Shown: positions 36,701 to 50,772, counted from the stretch's first letter. The stretch: DNA of 64,000 bases from Malacoraja senta (GCA_038087875.1 CM075978.1:160580001-160644000), one strand, 5' to 3'. The notes: generated by a model not told the origin, from the sequence alone. A program made the numbers and translations.

Positions 36701-38859
36701 TTAATCTCCTCATATTATTTAAAATTGATTTGTTGTTCATAAGCAATGAAATTACAATTACAATCACATTTAAGTTGACAATATTTTTCAAAAGCTTCCA
36801 TTATAATTTCAGCAAAATGCTTTATTTTCATTTTTTTCAGAAACATCTGAAATAATCCCACGAGCCCTGATCACATACATCTCATGATCTGATTAGCATT
36901 ATATCTTTTGTATTCTACTGTTCAAAATGCATGCAGATAGAGTTTGCAACTGTTGACCCTTTGGGTTCTGAATTCACAGTTTTATTTGTAGGATGCATAC
37001 ACATTAACCACAGTGAGATTCTTTGGCAGTATTTAGGTAAAAAAAACACTTTAATAAAAAGGATTAATGTTCTAATATAAAATATATTAGAGAACTAGAT
37101 CATGGAAGAATGTAGATGATATATAGCAGTGGTCACATGTGAGAACTGTACATTACTTAGAGTCCCATTATCGAGTGTTCGAGTACATTATTTTCTAATG
37201 TGTAAGGCAAAGGTGGAAATCAAACATAAAAATACATTTATTGCAAAAGCTCTTGCATGTAAATTTTTCTGGAAGGAAAGTTAAGTGTAGTTGAAGTATG
37301 GGAATAAAACTATACTCCTGTTTTAAGGGTGAAGATCCAAATATTTTCATCTTGGAATCCAAAAGATGACAACAACAGAAAATTATTTACTAATAGACAA
37401 GTTTTGAAAATATGAAAGACTGTGCTGATGATAGCATTATGATTTCTATGTTTTCAAATAATGTTGTGAAAAATGTTCCTCATAATGCACTACGGCACAA
37501 AAGATTGCCTAAGTAAATTGCATAAAAGGAAAATCGGTCAGGGAGAATTGTACACATATATTGGAGATAACGTGATATTCAAGCTAACAAAATGCAAAAT
37601 GAGCATTGCCAGCTATCAATATACTTTGCCTATTTATTTTCCAATGTGTAGCATTCAGTCAAAACTAAAATAAAATATATAAATAAGATAAAGTATTATG
37701 AAAAACTAACTGGGTAAAGTACAAATGAAAAAAATTTACAAAGTAAGAACTTTGAAAAGAGTAGGTCTTCCTTACCAACAATTTGAAGGGGTAACATGAC
37801 AAAATAATGGATTAAAGCCGAGGACATAGTAACCATAACATTTACCCCATTTTCAGGTGCTAAACACCTTTTAGTTAATTAAAGGGAGGAACTGTGAGCA
37901 ACATTATATTTGTTGAGGATATCACATTGGAAGTAAGTGCATATACACTGACAACATTCTCAGGGCTGATAAATGGATTTATATACAGGTCCTCTGTCTT
38001 CTTGCAGGACCTGCTTTGAAAAGCCTAAAACTATGGTCACCTCATGTGGATCTCGAACAGAACACAAAATTAACTGGCAGAAAGGACACTGCACTGGTGC
38101 TGCTTTAACGGCATCACGCATTGCACTTTCAGATTTGGTATTTGCGACTGTGCCTTGTCCAGGCAGGTAATCCTTGGCTTTTGAAAGGTTATAGAGTGGC
38201 CTGATTGAGACTTTCAGGATTTTGAAAGATATTGATAGGCAGAAAGGGAACGCTTTTTTTTCATCGCTAGTTAGTTCTAGGTCGTGGAAACAAACACTAA
38301 TTTAGAACCAGGCCGCACTTCTTTACACAAAAGGATGGTGGAAATGTGATTCTGTCTTCAGTAATAGCTTGTTCGATAGAGTTAAATCAGAGATCCATAG
38401 ATTTTTGATAAACAAGGCTTAAAGCGATTAAGGTGTAGATATTCAGAAGCAAATCACTGCTTTATTAGGTAATGCAAGTTCCAGAGTGGAATACCATTTG
38501 TAAATCAAATCGCACCACTCCTGAAATTCATCTGTGGGCTTCTGATCACGATTCTCCTTGTCTGTGTGCTACGATTTCCACTTCGATTATACATGGAATT
38601 ACATAATTTCCGCTGAGCTGGTTTCAAGCATCTTGATCTTTTTGAAGCTGCATCTTCCATGCATGTGGAAATAATTAGATCACTTTCTTGAAATCTGCCT
38701 TTTAGATTGTTGAATGGAAATATGTCTTTCAAGAAAGCATAACAAGCTTCTGGACAGCACATTACTCTTATAGACAAAATATCTTTGTGGCACTTAACCT
38801 TCTGGCCAGTAGTGACACCCAGGAGATTGACAATGAAGAATTCTTGCCGAAGGCCAGAA

Positions 38860-39349
38860 TCAGGAAGGCATGACCGGTTCCGCTGTCCGGTCCCGGCAGC
38901 CGCTCGCAGCCACCCAAGCTACTTCCCTCCCCGGCCACATTGTGGTGGCTCCACGCCCGGAGCGCTGCGGCAGCGGTGAATGAGTGAGTTGCTGGCATGA
39001 TCTCCGACCCCCTCCTTCTCAACGCTCCTGCCCTCCCCGCAACTTTATCCCTGGCGGCCCAGCCAAGTTTACTACTTTGTGCAGCCTAGGCCGTGCTGAC
39101 CTGGGCCAGACTCCCCACACGCTGTGGAAAGGAACTCTCCCCCACCCCCCTCCCCCTCCCAGGGGCGCTGTCCTTTTACAGCCGCTTCCCACTTCACACA
39201 GTTCCAGGGTCGAAGGCGTGGCAGGTTCCGCGGAGCAGTCACAACGAGAGTGGCATTGCTCGACCTAACCTCCGGCCTCCAAGACGCAGGTAAATTTCCG
39301 GGCCTTATTTTAGAGTCAAAAATAGCGTCTTGGACGCCGGGAAATATGG
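38860..39349. mobile_element. One-ended Tc2/pogo-like DNA transposon remnant
   Basis: Terminus gcgtcttggacgccgggaaatatgg|ta with an internal inverted ccaagacgc motif; no partner TIR found. Confidence 0.45.
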
Positions 39350-39699
39350 TATTTTGGCACTGAACAAGATTAAATCTGGAATTGGTGCTGGAGCCATCTG
39401 AAGTAAGGCTGGAAGTGGGAGCCAGGGGGTGGAGGTGAGATCTCCATTGGGAGATTTAATTGTGTGGGAACTGACTTGAAGCCCATATCCAAATGTCTTT
39501 AAACTTTGTAATTATATCTAGCTCCACCACCTCTTCCCAGATATCCCCCATCAAAGAGATAAAGATTTAAGGTTTCAGGCCATCTGAGCTACGAACAATA
39601 GATTAGAAAGCTAGTTTTAAGTTGCTGAGAAGGCGGCGGGAAGAATGTGGAAGACAAAGGGATATCTGTGAGAGAGTAAGGCCAGGGTTGCCATGTGGA

Positions 39700-39792
39700 A
39701 GATAGACACAAAAACCTGGAGTAACTCAGCGGGACAGGCAGCATCTCCGGAGAAGGAATGGGTGACGTTTTGGGTCGAGACCCTTCTTGAGA
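39700..39792 (-). mobile_element. Penelope-terminus mini-element with a 9-bp TSD
   Basis: TSD ccatgtgga at 39691-39699 and 39793-39801; degenerate hammerhead. Confidence 0.7.
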
Positions 39793-41029
39793 CCATGTGG
39801 ATGAATTGTTTTATGCTTAAATGGGTTAATGGGGTCTGTTAAAAGTTGACATGGACAAAGAAGCATAATGCTAATATGGACATTTCCAGCTGGTCAAGCT
39901 GTAATAATGGAGACAGAAATACTGAGCCATTTTCACAGATGGATGATTTATAGTAGAGATAGCCTGTTCTTATGTAAACAGAGAAGTTACCTCCAGTTGG
40001 ATAATTCATTGAGTCTAAAAGGTTGCAACATGCCTAAATGGAAAATGAAGTGTCTTCCTCAAGATACTATTGGACCTTGTTACAACTGGAGCCCATGGAC
40101 AGAAAAGTTGAAATGGTAGAGGGATGGAGAATTAAGTGACAGGTAACATGAATTTCAGGATAGATCCTGCTGGCTAAATGAAGGAACTTTGCAAATAAAT
40201 CACCAAACGTATTGATTTCACCAGCAGCAGAGTCCACATGGTGAACACCAAGACAGTCTGGATGAAGTGCAAGTGAATTGTTGCTTCACCTGGAAAAAAT
40301 TGGCTTCCTATATCCTGAATATCCTATCAGCAGCAAAATTATACATATGAAAACAAAACCAATAATGGTATTTGTCATAGAACACAGAACAGTACAGCAC
40401 AGGAATGGGCCCTTTGGCCCACAATGTTTGTGCCGAACATTATACTATTGGACCTTGTTAAACTGATCTCAGCTGCCTGTACATGATCCATATCCCTCTA
40501 TTCCCTGCACTTCCATGAGCTGATCTTAAACACCATTATTGTATCTGCACCCACCCCCACCCTGGGCAATGCATTCCAGATCACCACCACTCTCTGTATA
40601 ACAAAAACTTGCCCCGCGCATTTCCATTGAACTTTCCCCCTCTCACCTTATAGCTATGCTCTCATCTGTTGGACATTTCCACTCTGGGAGAAAGGTTCTG
40701 ACTGTATACCCTATCTATGCCTCCCCGAATGTTATATTCTTCCATAAAGTCTCCCCTCAACCTCCCACTTTTCTGAGAAAACAATCCAAGTCTATCTAAC
40801 GTCCCTGAAGCTGAAACCCTTTCATCCAGGCAGCATTCTGATAAACCTTCTCTGCACCCTCTCCAAAACTTTCTTGTAATGGGGTGACCAGAACTGCACT
40901 AACATTCCAAATGCAGCCTAATCAAAGTCCTATAGAGCTGCATCATGACTTCCTGACTCATACATTCTTACAATGCCCTGGCAAAGAAGGCAAGGATAAC
41001 ATATGCCTTCTTTACCACTCGATCTACTT

Positions 41030-41330
41030 AGCAATAGAGTTGCAGCCTTACAGCGCCAGAGACACGGGTTCTGTCCTGTCTATGGGTGCTTGTCTGTACG
41101 GAGTTTGCACGTTCTCCCTGTGACCCTGTGGGTTTTTTCCGGGTGCCCCAGTTACCTCCCACATCCCAAAGTGCAGGTTTGTAGGTTAATTGGCTTCTGT
41201 AAGTGACCCCTAATCTATAGGATAGACCTAGTATACGGTGATCGCTGATCGACACGGACTCTGTAGGCTGAAAGGCCTGTTTCCACACTGTATCCCTAAT
41301 CTCTATCCTTTATTTTAAACTAAATTAAAC
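41030..41330 (+). mobile_element. HE1-like V-SINE
   Basis: tagagttgcagccttacagcgccagagacacgggttc...V-domain...aaggcctgtttccacactgtatc. Confidence 0.85.
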
Positions 41331-41826
41331 TTGGACTCCAAGATCCCACTGCTCATCACTGCTGTTAAGAGTCTTGCCATTAACTGTATACTAATCCATC
41401 TGCCATTTGCCACACCTGTATAAAATCCATCTGCCATTTCTCTGCCCAATTCTGCAGCTGATCTACATCCCGCTGTATCTTCTGACAGCAACTGTCTGCA
41501 ACTCTTCAAATTTTTGGTGTCGTCAGCAAACTTACTCATCTACATTTATGACTAGGTCATTTATATATATCACAAACAGCAGAGGTCCCAGCGCAGATCC
41601 CTGCAGAACTCCACTGGTCACAGACCTCCAGGCAGAATGTCTACCTTCCACCACAACCCTCTGTATTCTGTGATTAAGCCGGTTCTGAATTCATCCAACC
41701 AATTAATCGTGAATTCTGTACATCTTAATCTTCTGGGTCAGCCTACCATGAGGGACCTTATTAGAGACCTTACTAAAATCCACATATAGAACATCTACCA
41801 CCCTACCTTCATCAATCTCCTTTGTC

Positions 41827-42627
41827 CATTTGTGATAAATGTCAATCCCAAGAAGCTACTATAGCGCACTCATTTGTTTTCTGTACAAAAATTCAAAAAT
41901 TTTAGATTGAAATTTTTGAAATCTTTACAAAATTATTTAAAATAAAACTGATACCCAAAGCAGAATGGATTATCTTCGGAATAACGGAAGATGGTCCAGA
42001 ACTAAATGTGTTCCAAAAGAAACTAATAGACTATGGGTTAATAACTGGAAAAAAGCTAATCCTAAAATTTTGGAAACAGGCTCCAATACCAACTATAAAC
42101 ATGTGGATTTCAAATATGTTCGAAACATTACACCTAGAAGAGATAAGACTCCTCCTGGCAGGTAAACCAGATCACTTCCACCTGACGTGGTCTGCATTTA
42201 TAGATTTATTACAAATATAGGGTGCAAAAGTACCTTAAAAAAAAAACTGAGGTCAGGTAAGGGGGGATGAAAGTTGGAGAGTTGGTATGTCCCATTTGCG
42301 TGATGCTTACAAAAACTATTTGTTTTTCTCTTTTCCCTCTTTCTCTTTCTTCTTCTTTTCTAGGGTCTATTTCCTAACTCTTTTTCTTTTGTTTTTAATT
42401 TTGTTCTTATAGGGTCTTCGTTCTTTCTTGTTGTCACGTTTTCTACACTTTCACTTTTTCCTTCACTTTCTTCTTTCTCTCAATTTCATCCTTTCCCTTT
42501 ACTAGTGTAAAAAACAAACGGAGTACATTAATTGTACGAAGATATATGTGACGAGTACTAATGTATGTGGTTCTAATGTAATGTACTTCTAATAAATAAA
42601 AATAAAAAAAATAAAAATAAAAAATAA
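41827..42627 (+). mobile_element. 5'-truncated L1 with 16-bp TSD
   Basis: CDKC knuckle region, LIDYGLITGKKLILKFWK; A-rich tail; TSD atcaatctcctttgtc at 41811-41826 and 42628-42643. Confidence 0.9.
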
Positions 42628-45348
42628 ATCAATCTCCTTTGTCACCTCCTCAAAAATCACAATCAAGTTAGTGAGACATGACCTGCAGTGTACAAAGCCA
42701 TGCTGACTATCCCTAATTAGCCCATTATCTTTCAATTGAGATTAAATCGTATCTCGAGCGATTCTCGCCAATAGTTTTCCTACATGTTACCAACCTATAG
42801 TTCCCTGGATTCTCTCTACTTCCTTTCTTAAACAAAGGAACAACATCGGTCACTCTCCAGTCCTCCGAGACCTCGCCAGTGGCTAGATAGAGATGAAACA
42901 AAGATCCTTGTCAAACCCACCGCAATCTCCTCTCGTTTCCTGTAATAGTACTGTGCAGGAATTTGAGGGGATCACACATGTAAGGAGCTAGGGTCGGAGA
43001 GAAAATCCTCATCTCCCTAGATCTATCTCACCAAGCAATTATGGTCTCTGGTCTCTTAAGGTATTTGGCAGTTTGCTCTTTCCAAGGATGAATGTGTTCT
43101 GGGTGCTGCCAGGATACACTGCACCGACCGTGAGAAATAATGTTTGATGATTAACCATGACTCTCTACTTTCAGAGTGGAATCCTTTTTTGTGGCTGACA
43201 ATTCTAGTTTTAATAAGTGGAGCTCTTATGGACAATTATGTGTTTTAAAAGACATTTGGACAGATATATGAATAGGAAGGGCTTAGAAAGCTATGGATCA
43301 GATGCAGACAAATAGAACTATCCAGTATGCCAGTTTGGACAGCATAGGCAAAGTGAGCCGAAGAGCCTATTTGTGTGCTATATAGATCCGTGACTTTATG
43401 TAAGCATTAATGGATGCCTGCACTTGTGGGAAGAATTCTTGCAAATTAATGTAATCTCTTCTTTGCGGAATTCATGGCAGATAAAGTAATCCCTCTTTGA
43501 AAAAATGTCTACGAGCCCGTTCAGATGCAATAGTGAGCATCAAATTGGGACAACATGGATCAGCTGTGGCCAGTAAGAATAACCTGTGGGGAAGCAGTTG
43601 ATAGTCAATATCACCATGACCTTGAAGATACGGAGCATGATGAAAGGACATCTCTGAGAAGAAAAGAAGAAAATATGAGCTGGAGTAGGCCACTAGCTCC
43701 CACAAACCTATCCATCCATTCAATATGATCATAGCTAATCTATGCTGGACTCAATTCCCCTTCTGTACCAGTTCCTCTTAACTCAAGTCCTTGATCTTTC
43801 AAATATTTATCAACCTCCACCCCAAAACGATATAATGATCTGGCATCAACCAGCCTTGGGGGAAGAGAATTCCAGAGATCATTTACGCCCTGAGATAAGG
43901 AATTTCAATACACGTCAACTTTAATTGGCTTGCCCCAATTTCTACGGTATATGACCTTAATTGTGACTTTCCCACAAGAAAACTTCTAAAACATCTGAGG
44001 ATCTTGAATGTTTGGGTATGGTCACCCCCCATTTTTCTGAACTCCAAACCCAAACTGTCTTACGCTTGATACAACAACCCTCTCATTCAGGAACTGGCCG
44101 AGCAAATCTCCTTTGGACTGCCTCAATATGGGTGGATTTTAAAAGTGGTAAGTTGAAACCAAATCAGCCACATTCTTGCCATAAAGTCTGAAATAATGGC
44201 AACAGCTTTACAGAAAAGACTGAAATGTTTATTTTCTATGCATGTTGAGCATATTTTGTAATGCGATTTTTCACAATAATTTGTACGTTAAATATCTTCA
44301 ATGTGCTATTTACACATAAAAAGGGCACACAATGTCAATATAAGCCACAGAATATGGGCAAATGTCTGAGATCCCACAATTCCTAGATATTGCCTCTTTC
44401 CATTCTTTTTCTGGTAACAGTTATTTTTTATTTGGAAGCCAGCCACTCTTAACGTCAAAATAATGACAATTTAACATTTTGCGTGAATCTTTCGGGAATT
44501 GAGCTAATAGTTGTGAAGCTAACAAAAGCAATACAAAAGACTATGAAAACTGCACAATGCATCATATGCTCAAAATCTGGACAGCTCACCCATAACTCAG
44601 GAAGAAAATACTCTCAATTCGAACTTGTGTTCTACTCAATTTGCTACTGCACTACACTTTTATACATCATACCACAAAGCATTTTACACAGACTACTGTC
44701 ATGTAACTATCAAATGTGAGATTCTAATAAATATTTAATTATTAAGTATGCAATGTATTTTCAAAGATGGAAGCTAAATATTTAATAAAAGAATTAAAAT
44801 TGAAAGACTGTCTGCATTTTTGGATGTTATTTTGTGAGAGTATATTTTATAATTAACGATTCTTCGAGGTATTTTTCCATCACCTTCATTTATGTTGATC
44901 TTTGTTGCACCTAATGTTTCTCACTATTTTACCACTCTTTTTCAAATCTGATTATTTGTTTGACATAAATATGTAATCACAATGATAATATCAATTTTCA
45001 GGACCGTTGTATAATATGCCACTTTGATGTGCAGTAGGTCCCTGGACTACAATAAAGAAGAAAACAATATTGAAGATGTAATGATTAAAGATTAATGTAC
45101 AGATTCTATCATATTGCAAGTCAGAATGACATATGGTTGCTCTGTCATCCAGTCAAGCTCCATAACCCACTTCTTATTTACTCCTCCATCTTTTAAAATC
45201 ACATCTGAAATTATGTGCCTTTGAAACTATCCATGATTTTCAGTCTTGGGTTATTCTTCTCTAACATGCCATAGTATAGCTCCATTACCCAGGCAAATTC
45301 CAAAGCATGCACACAGTCACACTCACACATATATATATATATATATTA

Positions 45349-45411
45349 CTAGACCAAGGGGGACCCGTTGGGTCCCGTCCCGTCAACACGTGGGGGGGGG
45401 GGGGGGGGGGG
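45349..45411 (-). mobile_element. Helitron-type 3' terminus
   Basis: Minus strand hairpin gggaccc-aac-gggtccc, 7 nt, then CTAG|T next to a (TA)n tract. Confidence 0.55.
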
Positions 45412-45416
45412 ATTGA

Positions 45417-47220
45417 AGGTACTCCTGTTCCTTCATCCCAATGGCAGGAGTGAAATGAGAGTGTGGCCAGGTAAGCGTGGGTCCTTGATGATGCTGGCTT
45501 CCTTTTTTAGACAGCACCTCCTGTAGATCCCTTTGATGGTGGGCAGGTCAGTACCTGTAATGGACCGGGCAGTGTTCATCACTTTTTGCATTCTCCTTCG
45601 TTCTTGGGCATTCGAGCACACAGCCTTGAGGTGCCTCTGTGCTGATGGTTATCAAGGAGGAAGTGTTGCTGCCAATTCAACTGATTGTACTCTGTTGATG
45701 GGGAAGTTGAGGATCCAGTTACAGAGGCATGCACGGAGACACAGTTCCCTGTGCTTGGTAACCAGTTTGGAGAGGTAGACGGTGTTGAATACCAACCTGT
45801 AGTCTATGAACAGCAGCCTGACTTATGTGTTTTTATTGTCCAAGTTGTCCTGTGTAGAGTGGAGAGACAGCTGGATGGCATCCCACATGGATCTATTGTA
45901 ATGGCAGGCAAATTGTAGTGGGTCCAGGTTCTTGCTGAGGAAGGAGTTGATATGCACCATAACCAACCTCTGAAACCACTTCATCACCACGGATATTAGT
46001 GCCACTGGTCAGCAGTCATTAAGGCATGTCACCTTACTCTTCTTGGGCACCGGTATTGTTGATGCCCTTTTAAACCAGGTGGGAACTTCATACCTCACTA
46101 ATGATAGGTTGAAGATGTGCACAAAAACTCCAGCTAGCTGGTCGGCACAGGATTTGAGAATGTGACCAGGTACACTATCAGGTCCAGACTCTTTCTGAGG
46201 GTTCAGTCTCATAAAGGATCTTCGACGTTGCCCTCGGTGACTGAGATTGCAATAACTTCAGAGGCTATGGGAGCCAGAGATGTCACATTAGTGTTATCCC
46301 TACTGTAATACGTAATGAACTCATCCGGGAGTGCTGCCTCACTGTCGTTTGAGCTGCCACTTAATTTTGCTTTGTCGGAAGTGTTGGCGTGCAATCCCTG
46401 CCACAGCTGCTGAATTTCCATCTCAAAAGTTCATAAATCATAGGAGCAGAATTAGACCATTTGGCTCATCAAGTCTACTCCACTATTCAATCATGGCCGA
46501 TCTATCTTTCCCTCACTACTCCCTGTAACCTTTGACACCCGTACTAATCAAGAATTATTAATCGCCACTTTAAAAATACCCAAAGGCCTTCACAGCTGTC
46601 TGTGGCAATGAATTCCAGTTTCACCACCATCTGGCTGAAGAAATTTCTCCTCACCATCTTTCTAAAGGTACTGTATCTCCTTTTATTCCGAAGCTGTGTC
46701 CTATGGTTCTAGACTATCCCTTTGTGGAAATATCTTCTCCACATCCACTCTATCCAGGCCATTCATTATTCGGAAAGTTTCAATGAGATCCCCCCCTCAT
46801 CTTTCTAAACTCCAGTGAATACAGGCCCAGTGCCATCAAACGCTCATCACACGATCACAATCAAAGCGCAATCATCCCTGGGATTATTCACTTAAACCTC
46901 TCTGGACCCTCTCCAACGCCGGCACATCCTTCCTCAGATGTGGGGCCCAAAATTGCTCACAACACACCAAATGCAGTCTGATCATTGCCCTATAAAGCCT
47001 CCAGTTTAGAGCAAAACTCTCTTTTAGCCTTTTTGTTCACTTTATCGAGGTTGTGGCTGAACCTCTTATATGAATTTGTGTCACCAGACTTGAATTCACA
47101 AGATCTGGTCCTCAGAAGACCGCGGACCTCCTGGTTCACCGAAGGCTTCTGTTTGGGGAACACTTGGATGTTTTTTGTGAGAACACACTCCTCCACACAT
47201 TTCCTTAATGTTGAGTAATT
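45417..47220 (-). mobile_element. Decayed Rex1/Babar LINE RT region, interrupted by CR1
   Basis: GPDSVPGHILKSCADQLAGVF..IFNLSL, ALISVVMKWFQRLV..LDPLQFA, SIIKDP..PGH.L. Confidence 0.85.
46426..46995 (-). mobile_element. CR1 3' fragment nested in Rex1
   Basis: Typical CR1 3' UTR and RT C-terminus. Confidence 0.85.
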
Positions 47221-48339
47221 TCAGTGAGCTCCTTTAATGCCATAGGATTACGCGAGCAGCTGAATGCAGAATGTAGCTATGAAATTGCTGTGGGATCTCA
47301 GCCAGCAAGGGCGATATCCATACTTGTGTAGGAGTATTGAAACTTATTGATGCTTAAATTGTAAAATGTTAGCAGTTGCTGATGGAACTGCTGGCAAAAT
47401 CCCACAAAATCTGGACCAATGTAGATGGCACTGAAAGATGAAAGTAATATACTACACAGCACAACATTACAGGGCAGTAACCTCACTATGAACTTCTATG
47501 AACTGTATCTTTGGTTGCACTAGAGACTTTTTTTTGTGCTAGTATTAGGGTTTTTTCCCCATTATTTTTATTTATCTGTGCGAATTGTGTTTATGGGCCT
47601 GTTAAACAGCTGCAAGTGAGAAGTTCACTGTTCCGTGGTCAGTACATGTGACAATTAAACACTCTTGATTTTTGACATGATTATTGAAATAGTATTTCCA
47701 CTTAAGAGTCTTCAGTAGTAGCTGGCATTCTCGACATGCTTGTTCCAATGTTCAATAAAATGTCTTATGCTTGTTAAGGAAACAAATATGATCAGATACT
47801 TCAAAAATATGTCAACTTTGAAAGTTATGATGTTATCTCAATGCAGAAACAATATAATTTGAATTTATTTTCTGTTTGCTTAACTGGTACCTTAAAAAAA
47901 TGAATAATGAATTAAATTAAAACAATATATCAAAACCTTAAAAGGGAACAGAATTTGACATCCTATAAACAGAAATTAAGATTTAATCAAACTGTACACA
48001 GGTGGCTCCAAAGAGTTAAATGGACACAATGCCCCACAGTTATTTCATTTAAAGCTATTTCATCATTCCATGCTAACTTTCAAGCCAGCTAACCCACCAC
48101 CCCCCCCCTTCAATTTTTAAACTAATTTCTTCAGTAGTAAGGTCATTTTTAAACATAGCATTGAATGTCAATATAGTCAATCTAATCAGGTTGTGGTGCT
48201 ATAATAATGACACATCAATAAACCAGAACCATTACGATGTAAAATTACAAACCATGAATTGCAATTGAATAGGAACTAAGTGTTTACCATATTAAGTAAT
48301 GTGTTAATTTCTATGATATAGTCAAAGAAAGGTGTAGCA

Positions 48340-48646
48340 CAAAAATAAGAGTCCCCTTTGGGACCCTTTGGTCTACTGAATCTATGCCAACAATCAAACA
48401 CCCATTATTGCACAAAACCTACCTAACTATGTTGTCCTCCTACATTCCCACACACATGGGGTAATTTACAGTACAAACTAATCTACCAACCTGGGTGTTT
48501 AAGATTTGGGAGGAAACTGGACCTTCCAGAGGAACCACATGCAGTCATAGGGAGAATGTGCAAATTCCACACAGACAGAAGCAGATGTTAGGCTTGAACC
48601 TGAATTGCTGGAGCAAGGTGGCAGCAGCTCTACTAGCTGTACCACT
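48340..48646 (-). mobile_element. Older V-SINE
   Basis: tttgggaggaaactgg...cccacatgcagtcatagggagaatgtgcaaattccacacagac pattern. Confidence 0.65.
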
Positions 48647-49260
48647 CAGGGACGTGCGGTCAGGGGAGGCAGAGCCTCACCTGTCATACTCCCAATGAAA
48701 ATAGATGTTAAGAAAAGTAAAGAAAAATAATAATGAAATAAAATAAATATAAAGATTTTTCCACTGATCTGTGTTATAAATGTCATTTCTATACGAATCT
48801 AATCATTTTTTATAGTCAAAATCGCCAAATTTGCGCAGCTCCGCTGCAAATACAGGGAGAGATGAGAGGTGAGGCAGCAACGAGCTGAGCCTCCCCTCTG
48901 ATTGCGCAACCCCTCAGAAACTGCATGGAGCGCGGGCAATAAGCGTGTGCCTGTTACTATGTATGTCACCAATGTAATGTGTGTAAACCCCTTTATTACA
49001 TGTCCTCACCTTCCATAGTCCAGGTAGCTTATTTCACATATAAATATATTAAATTTGTGCTCGCTGGTCTCATCATAAAACTGCAATGAAAAAGCACCAG
49101 GGGAGGCAGCGATCACGTCTTGAGCCCAGTGGACGGAGAGCGAGCGAGCGTCAATTACATAGGCTCAGCCCACGTAATTGACGCTGCCTCTCTCTCCCTC
49201 CACATTAGCTAGCTTCAGCAGCGGGCAACAATGTTCAAACAAAGCTCATGTAGTGATGCA
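48647..49260. mobile_element. One-ended hAT-like non-autonomous element
   Basis: Starts cagggacgtgcggtcaggggaggcagagcctcacc; gaggcag repeats; no partner TIR seen. Confidence 0.4.
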
Positions 49261-50135
49261 AGAGACGGTGAAAGCATGCTGAATTTCAGTAAATAAAGAT
49301 TTGGCTGATATGTTATATTTGTTGGAAAAGCACAAAAATGGTCAAATGTCACAGGGAACTGTTTATTTTATTACAAATGCCGTTTATAGAATAAAAATCG
49401 CACATTATTCTCGAATTTACTACTACTTCAACACTGTTAAAATCAGGTACTTATCGTGAAAAATTGAGGATTTCAACTTTGAGAGCAACAGCAATAGGTT
49501 CCAAAACTAAATGGTTCATGATTTTAAGTCTTAATTGTATGTATTCTGATTGCAGCAAATGGGGCTCTCCATGGCAGTGCAATGCCCCATTCTGTCAAGT
49601 TTCTAACTTCATCGCTTTAGAAGGACACTCCAGGCAGAGAGTAGGAAATGTTTCACTGGAGGCAACAAGGAGAGTACAATGGGGGAACCTGCCTATTATC
49701 TGCGTTTAAGAGCGAGCTTGTGCTAGCTCAACAGCAGCATCAATGGATACCTGGGAGCAATTCATCCACTCACACTGCAAATAAATGTACTCTAGGAAGA
49801 CTAGAGAATACAAGGAAGTAAATAGGTAAATTTTATATCCTCAAAAAAAAAATTCTCTTACTAGGGCGATTCAGCAGCAAAGCAGCTGATTGCTTCACAG
49901 TTACATAGTTATTGGCTTCGGTTCTAGTAGAATATGATGAAAATGTACCTTGACTTGTTAAGACAGTGAAAAGATTGCCACTTTATTAACAGCTGAGAAT
50001 TTGAAGATCTCAACACCTTATGTAAGTGATAAAAATTTAACGTAGCAAAAATGTTTTCGCTGCATTTCCTTTGTGGCTAATACATTAACACCATCTATTA
50101 TGTTTCAAAGATCACATCATTCGATTCCAACCAAC

Positions 50136-50268
50136 CTCATATTTTGACTGCTGTTGTTGATAAACAGCTTCTCGAAGTTGGGTCTGTAAGCTTTTGATCA
50201 TCTGCTCTTGGGCCACCATCTGGGATTTGACCTCTTCATATTCCATCAAAAGCTCACTGGAGTTTGTG
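50136..50268 (-). CDS. Internal coding exon of a host coiled-coil protein gene (upstream exon)
   Basis: Minus strand: acceptor ttttattttgcag, 133-nt exon (1 nt + 44 codons) reading TNSSELLMEYEEVKSQMVAQEQMIKSLQTQLREAVYQQQQSKYE, donor GAG|gttggt. No stops; heptad-like composition. Confidence 0.75.
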
Positions 50269-50384
50269 CTGCAAAATAAAACAATGTTACAGAGAGAGGT
50301 GAAATTTGAATGCCTTTACAAGAATGTATTTGTTAAATGAGTACACGGCAGCACATGAAATCTTAATTTAATGGTTCTCATACG

Positions 50385-50772
50385 TTGTAGGAGCAGAATT
50401 AGGCCATTTGGCTCATCAAGTCTACGCCACCATTCAATCATGGCTGATCTATCTTTCCATCTCAACCCCACTCTCCTGCCTTCTCCCCATAACTCCTGAC
50501 ACCCGTACTAATCAAGAATCTATCAATTTCCACCTTAAAAATATCTATTGACTTGGCCTCCACAGCCTTCTGTGGCAATAATTTCCACATACTCACCGCC
50601 TCTGGCTAAATACATTCCTCCTCATTTCATTTCTAAAAGTACATCCTTTTATTCTGAAGCCTCTGGTCCGAGACTCGCCCACTAATGGAAACATCCTCTC
50701 CACATCCACTCTAACCAGGCCTTTCCCTATTCAGTAAGTTTCATTGAGGTCCCCCCTCACCCTTACAAACTT
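50385..50772 (-). mobile_element. CR1 3' fragment
   Basis: Typical CR1 3' UTR. Confidence 0.85.

Larger units (their letters stand above)
40376..42940 (-). mobile_element. CR1 LINE interrupted by a SINE and an L1
   Basis: SKFADDTK motif and 3' UTR; the sequence resumes after the nested inserts. Confidence 0.85.

Noticed and set aside
38505-38810. 90-aa minus-strand ORF as a further host exon
   Set aside because: No convincing acceptor/donor pair; composition unlike the coiled-coil exons.
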